A stretch of DNA of 32,000 nucleotides. Source: Blattabacterium cuenoti. GTDB taxonomy: Bacteria; Bacteroidota; Bacteroidia; Flavobacteriales; Blattabacteriaceae. Below the pieces are notes generated by a model. That model had not been told where the DNA came from. It saw only the letters and a program-made list of their open reading frames with translations, and searched no databases. This document shows positions 9,441 to 17,700 of this stretch, piece by piece. A program made the position numbers and the translations under genes. The DNA lies in contig CP059204.1 of assembly GCA_014251975.1 (NCBI GenBank), forward strand, positions 240,001-272,000. Reading direction: 5' to 3'. The first letter of the stretch is position 1; each line of letters opens with the position of its first letter.

Positions 9441-10844
9441 TTATTTTCCAATACAAAATTTAGAAAAAATATTTTTTAAAACATCTTCATTTTGTTTTTC
9501 TCCTGTAATTTTATCTAAAAAAAATAAAGATTTTTTAAGGTGAAAAGAAGCTAAATCTTCTGATTTTTTTTCATAAACAATTTTTGCATAAGAAATTTCT
9601 TTTAATACGTTTTTTAATATTTCATAATGTCTTATTTGCGTAACAATTATTTTATATTTTTTTTGTTTCTCAACAAAAATATTACTTAATACATTAATAA
9701 CTTTGTTTACTTCTTCGGTTTTTTTTGATGATATTTCAAAAAAAAATGAGTATTTTGATATTTTATAAATATCTATGAAATTAGATATATCAGATTTATT
9801 TGCTATAACAAAAATATTCGTTAATGGATACTTTTTACGCAAAAAATTAATATCATTTACAATTTTTTTTTGTTGGGATTGTTTAACAGACGAATTAAAA
9901 ATATATAAGATAACTTGTGCTTTTTTCAATTCATTTATAGTTTTTTCAATTCCCATAATTTCTATAGAATTATTTGTTTTCCTAATACCAGCTGTATCAA
10001 CAAAACGAAAAAGAATACCATTTAAAATAATAGTACCTTCTATAAGGTCTCTAGTTGTTCCATGAATGGTGGAAACTATAGATCGTTCTTCTTTAATTAT
10101 TTTATTAAAAAAAGTAGATTTACCTACATTAGTTTCTCCAAAAATAACTACATAAATACCTTTTTTTATAGCATTTCCTAATGCAAATGATTCTATTAAA
10201 TATTTTAATTTTTCAGTCAAAATATTAATAATTCTAATAAATTTTGTATTATCATCTATAATAAAATGTTCTTCAGAAAAGTTTAATTGTAGTTCCAATA
10301 ATGTAACTAAATCCAATAATTTTTTCTTTATATATTTAATTTCTTTAGTAAAAGTTCCTTTAATATGTTCTATAAAAATATCATTGTTACATTTATTTTC
10401 TGATGAAATTAAATCAGCTACCGCTTCAGCTTGTATTAAATCCAATTTTTTATTCATAAAAGAACGAATAGTAAACTCTCCAGGATTTGCTATACGCATC
10501 CCTTTTTTAATTAGCAACTTTAAAATATTTTTACGAATATAACAAGATCCATGACAAGATATTTCTACCATATTTTCACCTGTATAAGAAAAAGGTTTTC
10601 TAAAAATTGATATCAAAACTTGATCTACATATGAATTATTATTATGTGATGATAACATATCTACCAAAAATCCTAGATGTATAGTATGTGTAGATTGATT
10701 TTTTAATTTTTTACCAGGTTTAATAGATTCAAATATATTATCAATAATATCTATAGATTTTTCACCTGATACCCTAATAACTGAAATAGCACTAGAACTA
10801 TCAGGTGTTGCTAAAGCTACAATTGTATCGTCATTTAATAACAT
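9441..10844 (-). CDS. mnmE: tRNA uridine-5-carboxymethylaminomethyl modification GTPase MnmE (TrmE)
   Basis: 467 aa. Has the N-terminal THF-binding domain, G-domain motifs GETNVGKSTFFN and DTAGIR, NKSD, and the C-terminal CIGK motif. Confidence 0.93.
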   Translation of the reverse strand: MLLNDDTIVALATPDSSSAISVIRVSGEKSIDIIDNIFESIKPGKKLKNQSTHTIHLGFLVDMLSSHNNNSYVDQVLISIFRKPFSYTGENMVEISCHGSCYIRKNILKLLIKKGMRIANPGEFTIRSFMNKKLDLIQAEAVADLISSENKCNNDIFIEHIKGTFTKEIKYIKKKLLDLVTLLELQLNFSEEHFIIDDNTKFIRIINILTEKLKYLIESFALGNAIKKGIYVVIFGETNVGKSTFFNKIIKEERSIVSTIHGTTRDLIEGTIILNGILFRFVDTAGIRKTNNSIEIMGIEKTINELKKAQVILYIFNSSVKQSQQKKIVNDINFLRKKYPLTNIFVIANKSDISNFIDIYKISKYSFFFEISSKKTEEVNKVINVLSNIFVEKQKKYKIIVTQIRHYEILKNVLKEISYAKIVYEKKSEDLASFHLKKSLFFLDKITGEKQNEDVLKNIFSKFCIGK

Positions 10845-10906
10845 ATATTTTTGTATTTTTCAAAAAATTTTAAAATTTATAACTATTTATACAAGAAGGT
10901 AGTAAT

Positions 10907-11796
10907 ATGATGTATATCTACAAATTTTATATATTATTTAATAATCATTTAAAAAAATTATACTCAAAATTAGAACTAGATAATATTTTTTTTATTCTTT
11001 TATCTCATATTATGAAATGTGATAAAACTACTGTTTTTTTTAAATTAATTAACAATGAACAAATTAATAATTTTGTTATAAAACAATTAATTAGAAAACT
11101 ATGGGAATTGAAACATAATAGGCCTATACAGTATGTAATTGGATGCACTTATTTCTTCGGAATGAAATTTATTGTAAACGAACAAGTATTTATACCAAGA
11201 CCAGAAACAGAGCAACTAGTTTCATGGATTTTAAAAAATAAAATGATAAATAATAAAAACGTTCAAATTTTTGATTTATGTACAGGTAGCGGATGTATCG
11301 GAATAACTATTAAAAAAAAAAACCAAATATTAAAAAAGTTTATTCTATTGATTTATTTAAAAAAGTTATTGAAATAGCTAAGATTAATGCAGAATTACAT
11401 AAAACAAAAATATCTCTGATTAGATTAGATATATTAAAAAATTTAGATTCAATACCTAAATCAATTATAAATAAAAGTTTATGTAATTTTATAATTAGCA
11501 ACCCACCATACATAAGACTTTCCGATAAAAAAATTTTATCTCCAAATATTATTCAATATGAACCATATAAATCTTTATTTGTTACAAATAAAAATCCATT
11601 AATTTTTTACAAAAAAATTACTGAATGGATAAAAAATTATTTTATTGGGACAGTTTACGTTTATTTTGAAATAAATAATATTTTTTATATAAAAATTATT
11701 GATATTTTAGAAAAAAAAGGATTTGAAAATATAAAAATAAAGAAAGATTTACAAGGTTGTTTTAGAATGATTAGTGCTATTATATTTTTACCATAA
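10907..11796 (+). pseudogene. prmC: peptide chain release factor N5-glutamine methyltransferase PrmC/HemK, interrupted by a frameshift in an A11 tract (either a pseudogene or expressed via slippage)
   Basis: The ORF-track piece 10907-11377 encodes the HemK N-terminus (RPIQYVIGCTYFFGMKFIVNEQVFIPRPETEQLV, DLCTGSGCIGI) and then degenerates after the A-run. My translation of the -1 frame from 11323 gives PNIKKVYSIDLFKKVIEIAKINAELHKTKISLIRLDIL...FIISNPPYIRLSDKK...KDLQGCFRMISAIIFLP*, including the catalytic NPPY, and ends at TAA 11794-11796. Confidence 0.85.
11312..11322 (+). repeat. A11 homopolymer at the prmC frameshift point
   Basis: att-AAAAAAAAAAA-cca. With 11 A the downstream CCA codon is out of frame. 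With 12 A (or 9 A) the conserved halves would join. Confidence 0.9.
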
Positions 11797-11811
11797 TAAA
11801 ATAAACACAAT

Positions 11812-13791
11812 ATGATAAACAAAAAAATTAAAAGAAAAATTTATTATTTAAGAAAAAAAATATTGAAATATAATAATGCATATTATAACTTAAATTGTTC
11901 AAAAATATCTGATAATGAATATGATAAAATGTTTAATGAATTAAATATTTTGGAAAATAAATATAATAAATTATACGACATAAAATCACCAATTTATCAA
12001 GTTGGAATTGAAGTTAAAAATAAACCAATTAGTTATAAATATAAAATGTATTCTATTAAAAATGTATATTCTAAAAAAGAATTAAAATTATGGATAACTA
12101 AAATTAGTAAAATAATAAATAATTTTTCTATTATTTGTGAATTAAAATATGATGGAGTATCAATTAATTTAATTTATAAAAAAGGTATTTTAACTAATGC
12201 AATCACTCGTGGAAATGGGACAATTGGGGAAGATGTAACACGAAATATAAAAAAAATAAAATATATCCCTTATATATTAAAAGATTATAATTTACCTGAA
12301 TATTTAGAAATAAGAGGAGAAATTTATATAAAAAAAAAAAACTTCATAAAACTTAATAAATACAGAATAAAAAATGGAGTTACTCCTTATTATAATCCAA
12401 GGAATACAGCTAGTGGAATTATTAAAATGATAAAAAAACACAACTTACATAATTTTTTATCTTTTGTAGCATTTAATGTATTAGGTATAAATTATTCCCA
12501 ACATTATTCTATAGAAAAACTGAAAAATTGGGGGTTTAAAGTCCCAAAAAGAATATATTCTTGCAGAATTAATGATTTCGATAAAATAGATAATTTCATA
12601 AATTTTTGGGAATCTAAAAAAAATCATTATCAAATAGACGGTATAGTAATTAAAATAAATGAATATGAAAATAAAATTAAATTAGGTTTTACACAAAGAT
12701 ATCCAAAATGGGCAATAGCGTATAAATTCCATCAAAATGCATCAGAAACAAAATTAACTAATATTACATATCAAGTTGGACGTACAGGTATTATAACACC
12801 TGTAGCTCATATATCTCCTATATATATATCAGGTACTATTATAAAAAAGGTAGCACTTTATAATAATAATTTTATACAAAAAAAAAAAATCCACTATGGA
12901 GATACATTTTTTATAAAAAAAGGTGGAGATATAATCCCTAAGGTAACAAAAATAAATATATCAAAAAGGATTGGAAATACTATACCAATATTTTTTTTAA
13001 AAACATGTCCATCATGTAAAAATAGATTAATAAAAGAAAAAAAATTATTTTTTTGCAAAAATAAATATTGCACTTACCAGAATATTATGAAATTAAAACA
13101 TTTTGTAAGTAGCAAAGCAATGAATATAAAAAAAATTGGAATAGAAACTATTAAAAAACTTTATAAAAATAAAGTTTTAAAAAATTTATATGATTTTTTT
13201 ATATTAAAAACAGAAGATCTTATAAAAATTAATGGAATTAATGAAAAGTTAGCAAAAGAAATAATTTTTAATATAGAAAAATCTAAAACAAATACTTATC
13301 AAAAATTTTTATTTGCCTTAGGCATTAGGCATGTTGGAGAAGATATTTCAAGAAAATTAACAGATACATTCAAAGATATAAATCATTTGCTAAATGCTAA
13401 TTACAATAAATTAATATCTATTACCGGTATAGGGCATAAAATAGCTAAAAGTATAATAGAATATTTTTCAAATTACGAAAATAAAAATAATATAGATATG
13501 TTATATAAATACGGAGTAAATTTTTCAAAACAAAATAAAAATACAAATTATGATTCATCATTAATAGGAAAATATTTTATTTTTACTGGAAAATTATCTT
13601 GTATGACTCGTAATGAAGCTATAAATTGTGTAGAACTTGTAGGTGGAAAAGTATCAAATACAATAAATAATAAAATTAATTTTATTGTTGTGGGAAATAA
13701 TTTTGGCTCTAAACTAGAAAAAAGTATAAAAAAAAATAATATTAAAATTTTAACAGAAAATAATTTTTTGAAAATGATTACAAAAAAATAA
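11812..13791 (+). CDS. ligA: NAD+-dependent DNA ligase
   Basis: 659 aa. Adenylation motif ELKYDG, OB fold, four-Cys Zn finger (CPSCKNRL...FCKNKYC), HhH region and C-terminal BRCT (FIFTGKLSCMTRNEAINCVELVGGKVSNTI). Confidence 0.95.
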   Translation: MINKKIKRKIYYLRKKILKYNNAYYNLNCSKISDNEYDKMFNELNILENKYNKLYDIKSPIYQVGIEVKNKPISYKYKMYSIKNVYSKKELKLWITKISKIINNFSIICELKYDGVSINLIYKKGILTNAITRGNGTIGEDVTRNIKKIKYIPYILKDYNLPEYLEIRGEIYIKKKNFIKLNKYRIKNGVTPYYNPRNTASGIIKMIKKHNLHNFLSFVAFNVLGINYSQHYSIEKLKNWGFKVPKRIYSCRINDFDKIDNFINFWESKKNHYQIDGIVIKINEYENKIKLGFTQRYPKWAIAYKFHQNASETKLTNITYQVGRTGIITPVAHISPIYISGTIIKKVALYNNNFIQKKKIHYGDTFFIKKGGDIIPKVTKINISKRIGNTIPIFFLKTCPSCKNRLIKEKKLFFCKNKYCTYQNIMKLKHFVSSKAMNIKKIGIETIKKLYKNKVLKNLYDFFILKTEDLIKINGINEKLAKEIIFNIEKSKTNTYQKFLFALGIRHVGEDISRKLTDTFKDINHLLNANYNKLISITGIGHKIAKSIIEYFSNYENKNNIDMLYKYGVNFSKQNKNTNYDSSLIGKYFIFTGKLSCMTRNEAINCVELVGGKVSNTINNKINFIVVGNNFGSKLEKSIKKNNIKILTENNFLKMITKK

Positions 13792-13877
13792 AAATCACAT
13801 TATTAAAAAACAAGATTTAATATTGCTTATACTAGGTTTTTTTTTTTCATATAGAAAACAGTATATTTAATTTTACA

Positions 13878-16340
13878 GTGGAATCACATTATTATAAAAA
13901 TCCACTTATTACATATAAGTATGAAATCTATTTTTTTATGTTACTAAAAAATATATTGAATAAATCTGAATTCGATTCTGAAGCTGAATTTATTCCATTA
14001 ATGAGCCAAGATGAAGAAGATCAGCTGCTTAAAGGAGATATACCAACGCAATTGTGTATTCTAACAGTAAGAAATATGGTTTTATATTCTGGTATTGTTT
14101 TCCCTATAATAGCTGGAAGAAGTGGATCTATAAAACTTTTACAAGATGCTTATGGATTAGATAAAACAGTTGGAGTATTAACTCAAAAAAATTCCGGTAT
14201 AGAAAATATTAGTGAAAAAGATTTATATTCCATTGGCACAGTAGCAAAAATATTAAAATTGTTGAAGATGCCAGACGGAAATACTACAGTTATTTTACAA
14301 GGCAAAAGAAGATTTAAAATAAATCGATTTATTCAAAATGATCCTTATTTTAAAGCAGAAATTATAGCATTAGAAGAAAATAAACCTTCTTGTAAAGACA
14401 AAGAATATATAGCATTAGTAGAGTCTATTAAAGAGATAGCTATAAAAATAATTCAAGATAACCCTAATATACCTTCTGAAGCCAGTATAGCTATACGAAA
14501 TATTGAAAGTTCTTCATTTTTAATAAATTTTGTTGCATCTAATATGAATTTATCTACCAGAGATAAACAGAAATTGTTAGAGTATGATGATCTAAAGCAA
14601 AGAGCGATGGAAACATTGAAATTTTTAAACATTGAACATCAACAAATTAAATTAAAAAATGATATACAATCTAGAGTTAAAAATGATATGGATCAACAAC
14701 AAAGAGAATATTTCTTACATCAACAAATTAAAGCAATACAAGAAGAGTTAGGTGATATTTCTTATGAAAAAGAAATTGACGAAATGCAAACTAAAGCCTC
14801 TCGTAAAAAATGGTCAAAAGAAGCTAAACAACAATTTGATAGAGAACTGTTGAAAATGCAAAGAACAAATCCCCAAATGCCAGAATACACTGTGCAAAGA
14901 AATTATTTAGAATTTATGATAGATCTTCCTTGGTATAAATATTCTAAAGATAATTTTGATTTAGAATATGCAGAGAAAATACTAAATAGAGATCATTATG
15001 GTTTAGAAAAAGTAAAACAACGTATAATAGAGTATTTAGCAGTATTAAAGTTAAGAAAAGATATGCGATCTCCTATTTTATGTTTTTATGGGGCACCAGG
15101 AGTAGGTAAAACTTCATTAGGAAAATCTATCGCTAATGCATTGAAAAGAAAATATATTAGAATTTCTCTTGGTGGATTGCATGATGAATCAGAAATACGT
15201 GGACATAGAAGAACTTATATTGGTGCTATGCCAGGTAGATTATTGCAGTCTATAAGAAAAGTAGGGACATCTAATCCAGTTTTTGTAATAGATGAAATTG
15301 ATAAAATAGGTTTAGGGACTAATGGTGATCCATCTTCTGCTATGTTAGAAGTTTTAGATCCAGAACAAAACACATCATTTTATGATAATTTTTTAGAAAT
15401 GGGTTATGATTTGTCTAAAGTATTATTCATTGCTACTGCAAATACTATATCACCTATTCATCCGGCTCTTATAGATAGAATGGAAATAGTAGAAATTAAT
15501 GGATATACAATAGAAGAAAAATCAAAAATAGTTATAAAACATATACTACCTAAACAATTAAAAGAAAATGGATTAAAAAAATCAGATTTATATTTAGGTG
15601 CTAAACAAATAGAAAAAATTATTGAAAGCTATACAAGAGAGTCTGGATTAAGAAATTTAGAAAAATATATTGCAAAATTATCCCGTTATGCAGCAAGAAA
15701 AATTGCAATGAAAAAAAAATATACAAAACGTTTAAGTATTAATAAAATAGAACATATACTTGGAGTTCCTAATGATCCTGATAAATATGAGAATAACAAT
15801 CTACCTGGGGTGGTAATTGGATTGGCTTGGACAAATTTTGGAGGAGATATTTTATATATTGAATCTAGTATATCTAAAGGAAAAGGTATTTTAAGCATTA
15901 CTGGAAATTTAGGTGATGTTATGAAAGAATCTGCAACAATAGCTTTACAATACATAAAATCTCATTGTAAAGAATTCGACATTAATCCTATAATGTTTGA
16001 AGAAAATAATATACATATTCATGTACCTGAAGGAGCAGTACCTAAAGATGGACCATCTGCAGGAATTACTATGCTAACATCTATGGTATCAATTTATACT
16101 AATAGACAAATAAAACCTTATTTAGCAATGACTGGAGAAATAACTTTAAGAGGTAAAGTACTTCCAGTAGGAGGTATAAAAGAAAAAATATTAGCGGCTA
16201 AACGAGCAAATATAAAAGAAATAATTCTTTCTATAAATAACAAGAAAAATGTAGAAGAAATTAAGTCAGATAATTTAAAAGGATTAACATTCGATTATGT
16301 TAATAATATGAATGATGTAATACACTTATCCTTGTTATAA
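13878..16340 (+). CDS. lon: ATP-dependent Lon protease (LonA)
   Basis: 820 aa from the GTG at 13878. A more plausible ATG start is at 13938 (MLLKNILNK...). Has the Lon N-domain, Walker A GAPGVGKTSLGKS, Walker B VFVIDEIDK, catalytic Ser in PKDGPSAGITM and Lys in GGIKEKILAAKRA. Confidence 0.95.
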   Translation: MESHYYKNPLITYKYEIYFFMLLKNILNKSEFDSEAEFIPLMSQDEEDQLLKGDIPTQLCILTVRNMVLYSGIVFPIIAGRSGSIKLLQDAYGLDKTVGVLTQKNSGIENISEKDLYSIGTVAKILKLLKMPDGNTTVILQGKRRFKINRFIQNDPYFKAEIIALEENKPSCKDKEYIALVESIKEIAIKIIQDNPNIPSEASIAIRNIESSSFLINFVASNMNLSTRDKQKLLEYDDLKQRAMETLKFLNIEHQQIKLKNDIQSRVKNDMDQQQREYFLHQQIKAIQEELGDISYEKEIDEMQTKASRKKWSKEAKQQFDRELLKMQRTNPQMPEYTVQRNYLEFMIDLPWYKYSKDNFDLEYAEKILNRDHYGLEKVKQRIIEYLAVLKLRKDMRSPILCFYGAPGVGKTSLGKSIANALKRKYIRISLGGLHDESEIRGHRRTYIGAMPGRLLQSIRKVGTSNPVFVIDEIDKIGLGTNGDPSSAMLEVLDPEQNTSFYDNFLEMGYDLSKVLFIATANTISPIHPALIDRMEIVEINGYTIEEKSKIVIKHILPKQLKENGLKKSDLYLGAKQIEKIIESYTRESGLRNLEKYIAKLSRYAARKIAMKKKYTKRLSINKIEHILGVPNDPDKYENNNLPGVVIGLAWTNFGGDILYIESSISKGKGILSITGNLGDVMKESATIALQYIKSHCKEFDINPIMFEENNIHIHVPEGAVPKDGPSAGITMLTSMVSIYTNRQIKPYLAMTGEITLRGKVLPVGGIKEKILAAKRANIKEIILSINNKKNVEEIKSDNLKGLTFDYVNNMNDVIHLSLL

Positions 16341-16362
16341 AGACAAAATTTTTATTGTTATA

Positions 16363-17595
16363 ATGAAAATGAATTATGATTTAACTAAATATCCTAAACT
16401 ATTATTAAAATTATCTAAAAAATATGGTACACCACTTTATATATATAATTTTAATAAAATCGAAAAACAATATGTAACAATGCTTAATTCCTTTAATGGA
16501 ATTAAAAATTTAATTATAAATTATGCTTGTAAAGCTAATACAAATTTAAACATATTAAAATTATTACAAAAATTAGGAAGTGGATTAGATGCAGTTTCTA
16601 TTCAAGAAATAGAAATAGCTTTAAAAGCTAAATTTAACCCAAAAAAAATTATTTTTACACCTAATTGTGTATCTATTAATGAGATTAAAAATGCCGTTAA
16701 ATTAGGTGTAAGAATTAATATAGATAACTTGTCTATATTAGAGCAATTTTGTGAACTATACCCAGATTATCCAATAGGAATTAGAATAAATCCACATATA
16801 ATGGCTGGAGGAAATAAAAATATATCAGTAGGACATATAGATTCTAAATTTGGTATTTCTTATTATCAAGTTCCTCATATAAAAAGAATTATAAAAAATA
16901 ATAGAATTAATGTTGAAGGATTTCATATTCATACAGGGTCAGATATTTACAATATTAAATCTTTTTTAAAAGGAATAAAAATATTGTTTAAAACAGCAAA
17001 AGATTTTCCAGATCTAGATTACATCAATATGGGAAGTGGTTTTAGAGTAGCATATAAGAAAGAAGATATAAAAAAAACAGATATATATCCTTTGAGTAAA
17101 ATAATTACAAATAAATTTAATAAATTTTGTGAAATATATGGCAATAATGTTACTTTAATTTTTGAACCAGGAAAATTTTTAGTTAGTGAATCTGGATATT
17201 TTTTAGTAAATGTAAATGTTATAAAACAGACTATTTCTACTGTTTTTGCTGGTATAAATTCAGGATTTAATCATTTTATTAGACCTATGTTTTATAATGC
17301 TTATCATTCTATAGAAAACATTTCAAACCCTAATGGTTTACAACGTTTATATACAGTTGTTGGATATATTTGTGAATCAGATACTTTTGGATTAAATAGA
17401 AAAATTTCTGAAATCCATGAAGGAGATTTGTTATGTATAAAAAATGCTGGAGCATATTGTTTTTCTATGTCATCTAACTATAATTCTCGTTATAGACCAT
17501 CTGAAGTTATGATAATAAATGGTAAAGATTTTTTGATAAGAAAAAGAGAAACTATGAATGATATATTAAAAAATATTGTTGAAATATCAGTGTAA
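16363..17595 (+). CDS. lysA: diaminopimelate decarboxylase
   Basis: 410 aa. PLP-Lys motif YACKAN, HIHTGS, EPGKFLV, and CESDTF followed by GAYCFSMSSNYNSRYRP, all typical of fold-III LysA. Confidence 0.93.
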   Translation: MKMNYDLTKYPKLLLKLSKKYGTPLYIYNFNKIEKQYVTMLNSFNGIKNLIINYACKANTNLNILKLLQKLGSGLDAVSIQEIEIALKAKFNPKKIIFTPNCVSINEIKNAVKLGVRINIDNLSILEQFCELYPDYPIGIRINPHIMAGGNKNISVGHIDSKFGISYYQVPHIKRIIKNNRINVEGFHIHTGSDIYNIKSFLKGIKILFKTAKDFPDLDYINMGSGFRVAYKKEDIKKTDIYPLSKIITNKFNKFCEIYGNNVTLIFEPGKFLVSESGYFLVNVNVIKQTISTVFAGINSGFNHFIRPMFYNAYHSIENISNPNGLQRLYTVVGYICESDTFGLNRKISEIHEGDLLCIKNAGAYCFSMSSNYNSRYRPSEVMIINGKDFLIRKRETMNDILKNIVEISV

Positions 17596-17596
17596 A

Positions 17597-17683
17597 GGAG
17601 AGATGGCAGAGTGGTTAATTGCGACGGTCTTGAAAACCGTTGAGGGTTTACTTCCTCCGAGGGTTCGAATCCCTCTCTCTCCG
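17597..17683 (+). tRNA. tRNA-Ser (anticodon UGA), 87 nt, long variable arm, no encoded CCA
   Basis: Hand-folded. Acceptor GGAGAGA/TCTCTCC, anticodon stem ACGGT/ACCGT with loop CTTGAAA (anticodon TGA), long extra arm, T arm GAGGG-TTCGAAT-CCCTC, discriminator G. It starts 2 nt after the lysA stop. Confidence 0.9.
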
Positions 17684-17700
17684 TTTGTATATATTATTAA

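Noticed and set aside
9775-10065. 96-aa plus-strand ORF antisense to the mnmE G-domain
   Set aside because: It lies entirely inside the conserved mnmE coding sequence on the opposite strand, so it is a shadow ORF.
10845-10906. Strand switch between the 12-gene minus-strand block and the plus-strand block (mnmE/prmC divergent spacer), considered as a possible replication origin
   Set aside because: The spacer is only 62 bp and I see no DnaA-box-like TTATCCACA repeats. It does contain TATTTTTG (10846-10853), which fits the Bacteroidota -7 promoter consensus TAnnTTTG. It is best explained as a divergent promoter region. GC skew cannot be judged by eye.
13806-13850. T11 tract after ligA, considered as a rho-independent terminator
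   Set aside because: I could not find a convincing GC-containing stem immediately upstream of the T-run. A T tract alone is not evidence in DNA with about 80% AT.
15686-15955. 89-aa minus-strand ORF inside lon
   Set aside because: It is antisense to the highly conserved Lon protease domain, with no independent signals.
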